A stretch of DNA of 62,892 nucleotides, filler included, from Intoshia linei (GCA_001642005.1; 6 parts of 6 records of this genome joined end to end with filler, not necessarily neighbours in it), one strand, 5' to 3'. Shown: positions 41,208-53,628, numbered from the whole stretch's first letter. Translations and numbers: made by a program. The notes: generated by a model not told the origin, from the sequence alone.

Positions 41208-41268
41208 AGCTCACCCTGATACTTAGTAAATGTTTTTTTTGTTTTTGAACATATCTCGATGAGGATTT
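41208..41268. repeat. 61-bp direct repeat DR-A, copy 2
   Basis: Matches 40627-40687. Confidence 0.9.
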
Positions 41269-41303
41269 ATTTTGTTGTCCCTGAAAAGAAAATTGAATTG
41301 TAG

Positions 41304-41570
41304 TCAAAGAAATAAGCAATTATGGTTCACAAGCACAATTGGGACAGTTTCAAAGGTTGTAGTTGTTAAAAGGGCCAAGGTACGATGACATGAAAATTTT
41401 TCATAGAGTGAAAGGTAGTTAGATCTTAATAGGGTTGCAACTTCATCAACTGGTTTACGTGTATTTGGAATGATTTCAGTTTCCGGAATAGTTACTTTGT
41501 CAGTGCCAATGTATGGTAATACACCAGGAGTCTTAACTGTCGAAGTAATAACGTTTTTGTTCTTGTTAAC
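41304..41570 (-). other. Unidentified coding fragment, possibly a picorna-like RdRp N-terminus
   Basis: GVLPYIGTDKVTIPETEIIPNTRKPVDEVATLL...LYEKFS; weak resemblance only, more GC-rich than host DNA. Confidence 0.3.
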
Positions 41571-41759
41571 ATATATTATCAATTTATAATTTAATCTTTT
41601 CATCACTTTAACGACAGATTGAAACCATGTAAGAATTGATATAATAAGAGTGAAAACAAAGCTTGTACTGCAATAACGTATATTCGCGTTATACATTTGT
41701 ATGTTGTAGTTTATTTTTAAGGTAGTTAATAATAAGTTGTTGCAACATATATTCAGGAG

Positions 41760-42090
41760 TGTACAAAATTGGTAGAGCTTCCAACATTACCATTTGGTAT
41801 GCAGCAGAATTCATGTTACCATTCACTTTAATGATATATCTGCTACCATCAGATCGAATACCACCATGCCCATACCATAATTGAAGGTTAAAACTTAACG
41901 GTAGGAGTGATATATTTTGAATTGAATCTACAATTTTTGGTCTTCTGACATATGATTTTGAATTAGGATATAAATGTATTTTAGCTTCATCTTAGAAAAT
42001 AATTTTATTCAATCGGATTTAGTCTAATCATGCCTCATTCTACACCAACGATTTCGTTTATCATATGATTTATTATCAATTTTGCTTTTT
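41760..42090 (-). mobile_element. Tc1 transposase middle fragment
   Basis: IIF*DEAKIHL...YVRRP...YITPTVKF*PSIMVW...IIKVNGNMNSAAYQ. Confidence 0.8.
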
Positions 42091-42433
42091 GTGCAGAAAT
42101 AATTAATTATATTACGTTTATGTTATTTTGACTTAAAAAAAAATTTTAATAATTACTGATGAAATTTTGAATATAAAATAGAGAGAAAAAAATATTTTTT
42201 TGTTATAAATTAGACCCATTTTAATTTTTTCCGCAGGCAGGTAAGATTATTGTCAATAGAAATGACGATTTGAATAAATAATATAAACATAATGGCAAGG
42301 TTACACACAATGTTATAAATCTTACTTATGAAAACTATTTCTTTTGATCAGGCCGATGTTTTTTTAAAATTTAGACTTAACGAATGGTACCACCTGTAGT
42401 AATTTCGTCGAAATGGAAAACAATACCAATATG

Positions 42434-42560
42434 GATAGATCAATTTCTATATTATAACAGAAAATAATACTAAGTTTGTTATTTAACGATATTAAGATTT
42501 GTTGCTTTGATTCAAACTTTATGCTGTGTTCTAGAATAAAGGTGATGATAAATAAATAAA
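42434..42560. repeat. Direct repeat DR-B part 1, copy 1 (127 bp)
   Basis: About 9 mismatches to 44641-44767. Confidence 0.9.
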
Positions 42561-43713
42561 ATTCACTAGAAACATACCCAGCATAAGATTGTTCTTTAGC
42601 AGCTTTAGCGCAATGTAAACCAACAATACACAATTTATTATTAACAGTAGCTATGACGGGAGCAGTACAATCTACTGGTACAGTACAAGCATTGTACGAG
42701 ACACAATCATCAGCAGTATAGATAGAAGGCATATTCTTAGTAATTATTACAACAGATGCAGTACTGAAAGAAATATTTGTAGCAGATTTCACCATGTGAG
42801 TCAAAACTGTACCAATATTAACGGCTGCAAATACAAATCCATCGTAATTAAAATCCTGTATGCTATCAGATATAAAAGACTTAACAATATTAGAAAATCA
42901 TCTAATCCGTCGATTGGCTTTAACAGTATTTAATTCAACTTTATAAAGATGATTCTTTGAACACAACACGTGATCAACTTCTCCTAATGTAAAATTGAAG
43001 GAAATACCAATTGGAAAGACAGCACATAATTTGTCAAAAGTACTGGCAACTACATGTTCTACAAAAAGGATAATATGATCACAGGATAATAATAGCTAAT
43101 ACATTAATATTTCCATGAGGAGCAGTCAAAATTCCAACATTGGGGCGGATATTGTGCATTAACAGTTTTATGAAGATAATTGCTTCTATAGATTGTCCGA
43201 GGGCCTCTTATTCTGCGCGTTGAATAATTAGTAGGGATTTCTCCTGAGCCTTCAGTTTGTCCGATAGCAGTTACTTTATGATAAGCAAGCTAAGTTTTTA
43301 AAGCTATACCTGCAAGAGCTAACAGCGTCACGAAAAAGATTTTTGCATAAAAATAAAGCTCTTTTCTAAGAGTGTTTTTAAATACTTTCTCACATTGCTG
43401 GGTAAATATACCAGTAACACCCACTTTAATCCTATAAAGAAAATCTTTAATCCGACTATAATAACCTGTAGCAATTTCTGGTAGTTTATCCAAATATCTC
43501 TTCACTTAATATAAACACTTTCCAAATACAAGACAAAGAATTCTTTCCGGCTCATAATTCGCGGTGGTTCACCACATTTTATATATTTGGTGATAATACA
43601 ATTATTATCAACATAAAATAAATCTCCTTGGCAGGTCCTAAAGAAAAGGTTGTACAAATCTTTACTTCTATCGCACACATGTGCGTCAGCTATTACAAAA
43701 GTGTGAGGTTGAA
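42561..43713 (-). pseudogene. Endogenous viral element: picorna-like polyprotein fragment (3A-like TM, VPg-like, 3C-like protease)
   Basis: Hydrophobic FFVTLLALAGIALK, then short GQTEGSGEIPTNYSTRR, LFVEHVV, FSNIVKSFIS and YNACTVPVDCTAPVIATVNNKLCIVGLHCA (decayed GDCG...IVGxH); stops and frameshifts, no introns. Confidence 0.75.
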
Positions 43714-43745
43714 AGTTTATATGGATATATGAAATATACTACACC
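43714..43745. repeat. Direct repeat DR-B part 2, copy 1 (32 bp)
   Basis: agtttatatggatatatgaaatatactacacc, identical to 44774-44805. Confidence 0.9.
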
Positions 43746-43748
43746 TCC

Positions 43749-44640
43749 CCGATTAAGATAATACATAATCTTGAAAGTGTTAGAGTGGCTGAGTTTCGCG
43801 TTTGGTTTTGAAATGTTCGGTTGCACTTTGAGCATTTTATCAGTATTATTATCTTTAACAGTCTAAAATTAATGGCACGAGGCCTAAAATTTCACCTCTA
43901 AATGTGACCCTTCGAGGTGAAATTTGTAGTTCACCGGTTTTAATTGGTGGGATGTGCAAATCACCTTCGTCTATTCTATTCTCTCATAAGTGGCTATTTC
44001 AGCCAATGATATACCTGAATTCAAAATGAAGGTATCACGTATTACATCAACATCTTTCTGTGGCCAAGGATGACGGCATCTTCATTTTTCATCTTTGGAC
44101 ATTGAGTCGTCTGAAGGTTTATACAATTTCAAGACGGTCGTACACCATTTTGATAATAGAGGTGTTAGAAGGTCAGTAACAAAATAACCTTTAGCTTTAT
44201 TAGCTAATCCAACATGATAATCTATACTCTTTAGAATATATGTCAGTTTGGCCAAACAACGCAATGGATATTGAACACTGTCAGATGTGTGCCATGGATC
44301 GCAAAAAATATTTCCGTAGTAAGGTAAGTGTTGGCCAGGACTGTCGTATGTCATCTTAATTGTCAAACCTAGTTTTGTTGATGTTAATTTAGTGGGTCCA
44401 GAGAAAGTCTTATGGTTGCGTTTTACGTCGATGTTTACCCCATCGTCGCCACAATAGATACCTAGTATATCTCGTGCTTCAGAGACGTTTAGCCTAAGTC
44501 TCGATACGCAGCGTAAGAAGCAAATGCGTTAATCAGAGTGTTTTCATCAGTAAGTTGTAAGTGGAGATCCTGAGAGACGTGAGGATCCTGTTCGATATTT
44601 AACGCCGAATCGTGTGACGGCAGGAGCATCTAACTTATTT
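43749..44640 (-). pseudogene. Endogenous viral element: noda-like RdRp (motifs B-E and thumb)
   Basis: APAVTRFGVKYRTGSSRLSGSPLTT/DENTLINAF...LGIYCGDDG...LGLTIK...IFCDPWHTSDSVQYPLRCLAKL...KAKGYFVTDLLTPLLSKWC...HPWPQ; frameshifted. Confidence 0.9.
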
Positions 44641-44805
44641 GATAGATCAATTTCTTTTTTATAACAGAAAATAATATGAAGTTTGTAATTTAACGATAAT
44701 AAGATTTGTTGCTTTGATTTAAACTTTATTCTGTGTTCTAGAATAAAGGTGATGAAAAATAAATAAAGTATATAGTTTATATGGATATATGAAATATACT
44801 ACACC
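44641..44805. repeat. Direct repeat DR-B, intact copy (part 1 + gtatat + part 2)
   Basis: Contiguous version of 42434-42560 plus 43714-43745. Confidence 0.9.
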
Positions 44806-44921
44806 ACCGTTCTTAGAATTTTTTTCTCATCGTGTATAACCCTGTATTTTTATTTTTAAAAAAATATTAACACCCTAATGTATATACAACTATTATTGTA
44901 GCTATTATATTATTTTGATAG

Positions 44922-45768
44922 AATGAAAATCAACAATCAAAAATTGTTTCTATATTTAAAGATTGGGCATTTGTTAAACACGGTTCCATTTAATTATAAA
45001 TTAAATTATTATTATTTAGAAAATACCAGTTTGGAAAAATTTATAAATTTTCAAAAAGTGTTATCTTTCTCTCAAGTAGACACGTTCAATTACAATGTGT
45101 ATAAAAAATCAAAAAAATTTTTGGTTTTATTTGTATTTGATACGGAATTGTATTTATTAATTTTTTTGTATTTAAAATCCGATTTAGAGAAAAGGATTTG
45201 ATATTTTCACACGTATTTAAAAAATTTGGAAAATTGACCCACTATGTGCAGTTTTGCTATACTAAAAATTATAATTTTATTGAAAAAACCTTTTTTATTG
45301 ATTATACCAAAAAAACTTTCAATAGAAATTGTATTTTTATTCAGAACAGTAACCTTGAAAATTATTTGACATATCCGTGCAATAAAATGTTTTATTTTGA
45401 AAGATTGGACAAATTTATTGAAAAGTCTATTAATACACCAAAGGTACTGTTTAAGTTTGAATTTTTTACTTAATCTTAGTTTTTAGAATTTTAAAAACAA
45501 TCCACTTACTTGGTTAATAAAATATTTTCATCACAAGCAATTTGTAGTGAAACTCTTATATAAGGTAATCTTGTACATTTTCAATTTATTGTATTTTAGT
45601 TTATTATTACTGAGACAATTTATTTAACATATTTTTTTATAATTGGGATTTTTACTTTTTCCATTATTGCTGTTGCGATTCATACAGTATATAATCGACA
45701 AATCGAAGGTAATATAAGATTAATATATATTTATTCGACTTTTAGGAGAATGGATATATTCTAATTAA
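44922..45768 (+). CDS. 3' exons of an unknown protein with a C-terminal TM helix
   Basis: Open segments joined by short GT-AG introns; hydrophobic YFFIIGIFTFSIIAVAIH; begins right after an AG acceptor, so it may continue an upstream gene. Confidence 0.45.
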
Positions 45769-47081
45769 ACTATGCGAAATGAATGATAATTTGATATTTA
45801 ACAACTATAATTATAAATATTTGTTTATTAATTGTTATAAGTATAAATATTGAATTTATATACGATTTTATTTTTTTTTCGATGTGTTGGTTCAATTCTT
45901 ATTTATTTTCTTTACTGCAATAAATAGTCAAATAATAAAATGACCCTTTTCTTGTTTTATTAAAGTATTGTTGTCTAATGACCAGTATATCATTATGTTA
46001 ATTTAACGCCGTCTGGGTGGATCATAATTGAATATTATATGCTATAATTACTAAAAATTGAGTCCACTTGATAATCTCATCAATATATTATATCGGAACT
46101 GTTTATGATGTCAGCAGGGTATTATTTTTGAAAGGATTCAAATATATCAGTATGATTCCTGGTATATTATTGTCCACAGTAGTGAGTTGAACATTACTTT
46201 TTTAGAAACTCTATAAAATTTTTTTTAAAAATCAATAAGGACTTTATTTCAATTTTACTAAAACTAACTAAGAATAGTATAATACTGTAATTTTTTAATT
46301 ATTTAATTTATACAAATTTAAACAATGGCAATATAAACAAACAATGTTATCAATATTTTCAACTAAATGCCAAGTATGACAAACGGTTCGACATTTATTA
46401 CAATAAGTGTAAAGTTCTATAAAATATAATGATATTAATACTTATTATAAATAATTTACCTTTAATGTTTGTTTCACATATAATACACATTAAATTTTTA
46501 GTAAAATTTTGTTTCTTAACTAATGCACACGATTTAGGATAGTTATCTAATAAATAAATTGAGATTCAATTAACGATAAAACATACTTATAAAATGTAGT
46601 AGACTTGTGGCCTGATTGATGAAACCACTAGAACGTAAAATGTCAGAATAAAGATACACATAAAATTCCACCTTTGCGTTCAATTCCCAAGATAATATTC
46701 TAAACTGATTTAAAAGATTAGCTGTTTTTATATTGATACCTTTTTATAAATGTTTTTTCAATGTACATATTCATAAAAATGTATGGTTTGGGGAATATAT
46801 CTAAATAAAAAGTATCCAGTGTTTAAATTGGCAATCATTTTAAATGGTGACATATTAATATACCTTTATGATTTGATATCTAAAAATAACAAATTGATCA
46901 GTTGATTAAAAAAATTACATTGTACAAAGCATTTTTTATTAAAAAAAATATTGGAGACATTGCAACAAATGTTTCTATCTTGTTTTTACTTACAAAATAT
47001 TCCAAACTATAATTAATGATTCAAACCAATGTAACAATTTTATTATTAAAATTTGAAATAATAAATTATATCTATCATCAC

Positions 47082-48197
47082 TAGGGCGAATTATGTCATA
47101 AAACTAATTTTTCTTTTTAATAATATAAAATTGTTATAAATGTATGAGGGAACTCTAATAAACACATTTAATGGGGTATATCGATTTTTAAAAAGTCATA
47201 AATGTCATATTTTTTTCTTAATTGTCATAATTTAATAAAATGTTTATTTTCATTGATTTCCCAATGTCAAATAAACCAAATTATCTCACTGAAATCTACA
47301 ATTTGTTTCAAGTACATTATTTTAATATTAATTATCTTTAAGAGTAGTATCACTACAGTAATTATAATTAACTGCTTTTTTATGCAGCTATTAACTGCGT
47401 CCTACATGATTTGTGCTGGTAAAAATTTAAAACAATTTTATAGTCAGCTTTTTCACGTTACCTGTGTATGCCATTTACTTCACAATTGCTGTTTAAAAAT
47501 AAAGTCTTATTTTGGTGAGGTTAACACTTTAATTAGTGCCATGAAGATACTAACAGAAAAAAATAAGTCGCATAGAAATGATTTTATCAGGATCGGTTTT
47601 CCGCCAATTCCTGTTGTAACAAGATAGGGTAGTTGGATAAGAGTGGCAGGGTATTATGCGTCAAACTTGCCTCAAGTTATTGATATCGTTGAATGTATGA
47701 AAGGTGATATTATAATTCTAAATAAGGCAAAATCAACTATATATCAACCAAACCTGCGACAACAGCTTTTATATATAAGCCTGAACTATGAGAAATTTTC
47801 ATCAATTATTAAACAACTCGAGAGCGAGTGCATGACGATCGAAAAAGCATTAAATTTGATAGACTCTACTACATTTGGAACAGATGAATGTTCAACAAAG
47901 ACATATATTGAAAACAGGCTCATAAAAAATGATATCTTAACAATAAAGAATATGGTAAATAAATGCGTATCACCAAAAACTTATTCTCAGCTATTGAATT
48001 GTCAAGCCTCATCATCAAGTATTGAAAGATCCTTTTTGATGTTGAAGGATCTATTATCCGACGAAAGAAATTTTTTAAAAACGAATATTCATGAATACAT
48101 TTTATTGTACTATAATAAATGAATTTGTCATAAAGTCATATTTTTTTTTGTTAAAATGTCATTTGTTTGAATTTTTGGTCATAAATAAATTGCCCTA
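47082..48197 (+). mobile_element. Internally deleted hAT element
   Basis: TIRs tagggcgaatt / aaattgcccta; TSD atcatcac / attatcac; HVTCVCHLLHNC, TR*GSW and ASSSSIERSF motifs. Confidence 0.85.
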
Positions 48198-50099
48198 ATT
48201 ATCACTAATAAATAAACTAAATTATAGTAGTCGACCACATATTGTCAAAATAATAAAAGTAAATATTAGTAACATATTTAGTAATGTGTGACCATAAATA
48301 TCTATTTTTGATAAACTACGTTTAAGCTTTTAAACATGGTACCGACTTTATAATATGGTTCTCCATGTTTAGTTATACAGTTTATTTTTTTAAATTTGTT
48401 TCTAGCTCAATTTTTTTGGATTTTATTAACGATGTAATTTCTCGAATTCTGGCTATTTACATTATTTAAATTGTATTCAATGCATAATTTGCATTGCATA
48501 TAATTTAGCAGATATGACTATTTATAACGTAGTAATTCAACGAGTTTAAAGTAATGATGATGGATAAATTAATTATTAATTACTAATAAATAAATTCATA
48601 TATTAATAAAGGTTGAGTCATCCATTCTAAATAAGAATAAATGTAATATACAATGTATATAATATGTGAATATCAAACAGCATTCCATAACTGAAACGTT
48701 AATCCCTGGTACCACACGTATATCTTCAATTAAAAATTAAAGAACAAAATAAAAACTCCAAATTAATAGATTTTATGATTAAAACAGCTTGGTTTGCATA
48801 GTTGAAACCTACAAATTACGTTCGTTCATTTAAAATTTTTTTACTAAAAATACGAGAAAATAATTGCTAAAAATCATTACACCAAACTTGATTTTGTCGC
48901 CATGACGGATCGGTGGGTCCTTATATAAAATGTAAACGTTTCGCACATATTACACCTAAAGTAACTGTGTCGCTACAGTTTGGAAGCCTGCGCAATTTAT
49001 ACTAAAAATTAGTATTTTTGTCCTTACGCGTTTTACAATCACTAATCGTTTTATAAGAATGACTTTTGAATAATATAGAAAAATCGTCCCACATCTAAAA
49101 TAACCTGTATTAAAAAAATAATAAAAATACACATTTCTTGTAAAAATTTTCTACGAAATGATTCACAATCCTGTGATCATTCTTTATAAATAATAAAAAA
49201 AATAATAAAAATAAACAAAAAATAAGCGGTCTAGAGCAGTGGTTCCCAAACTTTTTCCACCATGGACCACTTCTTACAAAAAAAATTTGTGTGGACTACA
49301 TAATTTTTTAAAAAATACCCTTAATCCTGAATACATAATTAAGGTAATATTTTGATTTTCTTATTATAGATTCTTCGTTAAATCGAAAATTTTACATTAA
49401 AATTTTGACAAGGTAGCTTCAATAGCGTAATTAAAAAAATGCTTAATTTCAAACATAATCATTGCGAATTACCAGTGCCGCATGTGAGATCCATCGGTGG
49501 AAGGATCTCAATGAAATTTTTTATAAAATAGAGGCTTAAATTAATTAAATTGAGCATTAAAATAATTCTTGAATATCAACCAATTTGAGTGTTAAATTTA
49601 AAATGTCAATTCAGAAGTCTTAGAAAGGTGGATAGGGTTATATGACATTATAATTCGTTTACAAAATTTTTTAATGGGCTATTTTTCATTTTTCAAATGG
49701 CGAAGGGCTTGATAGGTTTGATTCCGGAAACTACAATCGAACCACGTTAAGTCGTTACATACATTAAATTTAACGCATGTGAAAATTATTCACGTTGTTC
49801 AGTTAATTTTCACTTTATTTTGATTAAATGATAAATGAAATTACGTAAATAACGTTCACTAATACTTATTATAATAATAATAAATGATCGATACAATTCT
49901 AATTTGTTATTATTATTGTTAAAAAGGTTATCCATTTTTATGATATAATCCAAGGCATTTTACTTTTTGACTAAATTAAAACTTTTAAAGCTCCAATTTA
50001 TAATATTGACTCAAAATTTAATTTTCTCACAATTTTGCTTTGTAATTTAATAAAAAATAAAAAATCAAATTTGATTAAGAATACATTATACACTCAAAT

Positions 50100-52832
50100 A
50101 TACAATACTGTAGTTATAATCATAAAATTAGATACTAAATGACATTATCATACAAATCCGTATTATGCCTTCCCGTATCAGAAAACATAATGTATATGAA
50201 ATTTATAACATTTAAAGTATAATACATTAGATTCGTATAATCCTTGAGTAATAATTTTGTTTTTTTGACAAGCAGACCCCAAATCATGAACTTCATAACT
50301 AAATCAATATTGAATGAAAAAACTTACACATAAAAGTAATACACATAATTTTCAGTCAACTCGTGTTTATATAAAAATAATTTCGAATAATCATAAACAT
50401 ATATAAAATATTTAGACTTCGATCGATATTTTTTTCTTTTTTTAGAACATAATAAATCCTAAAATATAAATGTATTAAAATATAATTGGAATACACATCA
50501 CCTTAACTATTTTATTATTACTGTTTTGATAATTGATTGGTTTTCTATCAAAACCTTTAAAATCCTTTTTATATTCTTTGCACGCACTACTTGACGAATC
50601 TGTTGCATCAGCATCAAAATCTGGTATTGGTTTTTTCTCAAATGAAAAATTAATTGAATAATTTGAAGTTTTCTTTAAATTTTTTTCTAATCTATTAAAA
50701 ATTAATTTAAAATACATTGTAACATTTAATTATATTACCCTTTATTGAATTTTCTGTTTTGAACATTGCCATTCATAATTACAAGTGAACCCTTCAGAGT
50801 AAAAATTGCCATTGATAATTTAGGACTATTCAGTAAAATATCACTAGTATTGGTTGGAAGTTTTACGCTAGAGTAAATATGTTTTGAGTTTTCAAACAAT
50901 TCTTCATCATAGTCATACTCATCAGAGAGACTATTCTAAATGTTGATAAATTATTTGCTGTAGATGCATAATATTTTTATATATTACAAAAACAATTAAA
51001 GTAATTACTGCTATCGCAAAGAAGGGATAGGGCTATATGTAGGGTTACCAACATTAAGTTATACCCAACCCGAATTTTTGAGCAAAGCTCAAAATTTAGC
51101 TGAAGCGCAACAAATTGTGCTATTGTTTTGTTATTTAAAAAATTTTTTGAGGCCCTCTTTTACTTTGGGTCTCTTTTTCAAATAATAATAACAGTTTACA
51201 CACAATTTTTATTGCAAATTTCAAAATGAATCCTAACAACCCTATATTTATAATTTTATGACATGTCATATTGAATTTTGTGTGTAATTCGCTTATTCAT
51301 CCCATATATAAATAAAATATGTTTGATCTGATGATTTTGATTGAAATTGAATTAAATTACCTTGATAAATATCACTTAACCCTGAGCCCTAAGTTGAATT
51401 TGAAAACCCAAAGTCTCAGGGGAAAAATAACACAACGCTAGCCATATGGTGGCCTACTATTCTAAATTAATAGGAAATGTTAGAAAGTATTTTTTACTCC
51501 AACAGAGAACGCTAAAAAAAATTTATCAGACACTCAATTTTATAAGTAAAAGTGAAAGACAAGTAATTCATTTACAATTATCAAGTGAAATCAATATATC
51601 ACTGAAAAATATTTGTCGTTTATTAAAAATTTTTATATTGCTCGTGACCAGCTGGTAGTACTAGCCTGGTACTACTGTTGATACCAGTGTCAGCAAAATT
51701 CTACTGGTACTAGACCTGTTGTATGGGACCAAATTTGGATATATTTTCATCTCTATTAATTCTGATTCAGATGACTTTCAATAATCACATCTGACTGTGA
51801 AATATCTATTATGAATTTTAGTGCATTTATTTGACTGCTACAAAATCGATTGCCTATTTATATACCTTTTCATGGCTTATAGGTGATTTTGTAGTGCCAT
51901 TAGATACGCTGCCGGTATCTATGGACTGAAATTTTGATTCGGTAATTGAATCACATTTCACCAGTGAAGAATGCTTTTTCGATTTTATTTGATCATGTAC
52001 ATCTACAAAGCATAATTTTTATATAAAAATATGATATACCTATAGATTCGTCCTTAAACAAGCATTCCTAAATATAAAAATTATAGTTGGCTTGTACATT
52101 AAAAATAGTTTAACCTTCATATTATATAAACGTAAAATTTTATCTTTAGACAATATTAAACAACTAATTTCATCTTCACCTAAAACAGAGCATGAATATG
52201 TTAATAGAAACACTTAATAAATATAAATACAACCTTTTTTACAACAAAAAAAATCTATCGCTGATCTATTATCATCAAAGGAATGAAACTTTTTTGAATA
52301 ATTTTCAATATCGAATAATTTAACTTTATAAAGAGAATCATTAAAATCTGAACATATTGCCATTACTTTTGATTTCATTGGCTAAAAAATTAAATAAAAA
52401 TACACATCATACACACTTTACCGTTACTTTATAACAGTAACGCTAAAAGTGCGGTACAGCATTATTTCATTTTATACAATATATTTACTGAAACGAAAAA
52501 TAACATTAATAATAATAATATTACGGTATATTTCGCCCTGACTGTTCTAAAATTAGCTTCATATGTATACATTGGATTCTGAACATCCTGATTAATTGAC
52601 CAAAACTAAATAAATAATAAATAAAAGAGACTAAAAGTAAGATATATTCATCCATTATTTCTGTGAACTGTACAAAAAATACCTTTAAAGGGGTCAAATT
52701 TTAGTAATATTACCTTGATAGATTTTTCACAGGAAGCTGACATTAAATTATCCGCTTCAACATTGGACCAATCTAATGTATTAATCTCTTTCAAATGAGC
52801 AACAATATAATTGACTGGCTTTTTTGGCATCT
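50100..52832 (-). CDS. WD40 protein, WDR59/Sea3 (GATOR2)-like, partial
   Basis: KPVNYIVAHLKEINTLDWS...LMSASCEKSIK; CLILSKDKILRLY; SPKLSMAIFTLKGSLVIM resembles PRTSGARFCGAGYLVYF; both ends uncertain. Confidence 0.6.
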
Positions 52833-52884
52833 ATAAAATCAAAAAATTTAATCTACAGCCATCATATATCACATTATTAAATAC

Positions 52885-53528
52885 AGTCAACCCTCTTTAA
52901 GATGAACGTAATATGATAAAGTATAATGTGAATTTCTCCAATAATAAACAAAAACAAAAATTTGTTATGTTATATTTTGTTTAATATGAAAAAAGTAAAT
53001 GAATCGTGAACATTCTACTACGTGAACGATGAACATGATTTATCCAAATTAAAGTAAAGTTCTTATTGTTATTCACATTTATTGTATACAAAACGTGCTT
53101 TTCAAAAATTTTTTATTTCTGCAACATGAACAAAGAAAATTTAAAAAAAAGAAGAAAAGATTTAGCTACATCTACAAAGAAAGAACTAATTCGTTTGTTT
53201 GATGAAGACAAAGGTAGTATACAACGTTTTCTTGCTTCAAAACACAATGTATACAATAAACATTGGAAAAAAAATACATATGAAGAAAAATAAATAATAT
53301 CTGAACTTGAAGGCCCAGAAATCTTACCATTTACCCATTATGAAGCTAATTATCATACTAAAAACTTAAAAACAATTTTGATGATTCATAACCCAGAAAA
53401 AGTATACAGTGTATGGACTTTAATGTAGAAAATAAAGTCTGAAAAATTGGCAAGATCATCAAAAATAACTGATTCTTTGGTTCTACTAAAGAAAGAAAAA
53501 AATGAATTGATATAATTATTATAATAAT
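52885..53528 (+). mobile_element. pogo/Tigger-like non-autonomous element, cut by a gap
   Basis: TA-cagtcaaccctct TIR; KKRRKDLATSTKKELIRLFD HTH remnant; reverse complement of ~57025-57642. Confidence 0.75.
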
Positions 53529-53628
53529 NNNNNNNNNNNNNNNNNNNNNNNNNNNNNNNNNNNNNNNNNNNNTTAATTAATTAANNNNNNNNNNNNNNNN
53601 NNNNNNNNNNNNNNNNNNNNNNNNNNNN

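Noticed and set aside
42364-42560. C-terminal extension of the 146-aa ORF beyond the 3C-like part
   Set aside because: Chance read-through into repeat R1 and its flank, not viral sequence
40627-44805. Calling the repeat-virus pattern a CRISPR array
   Set aside because: The repeats differ from each other, occur only twice each, inserts are 0.5-1.2 kb, and there are no cas genes; the likeness is only an analogy
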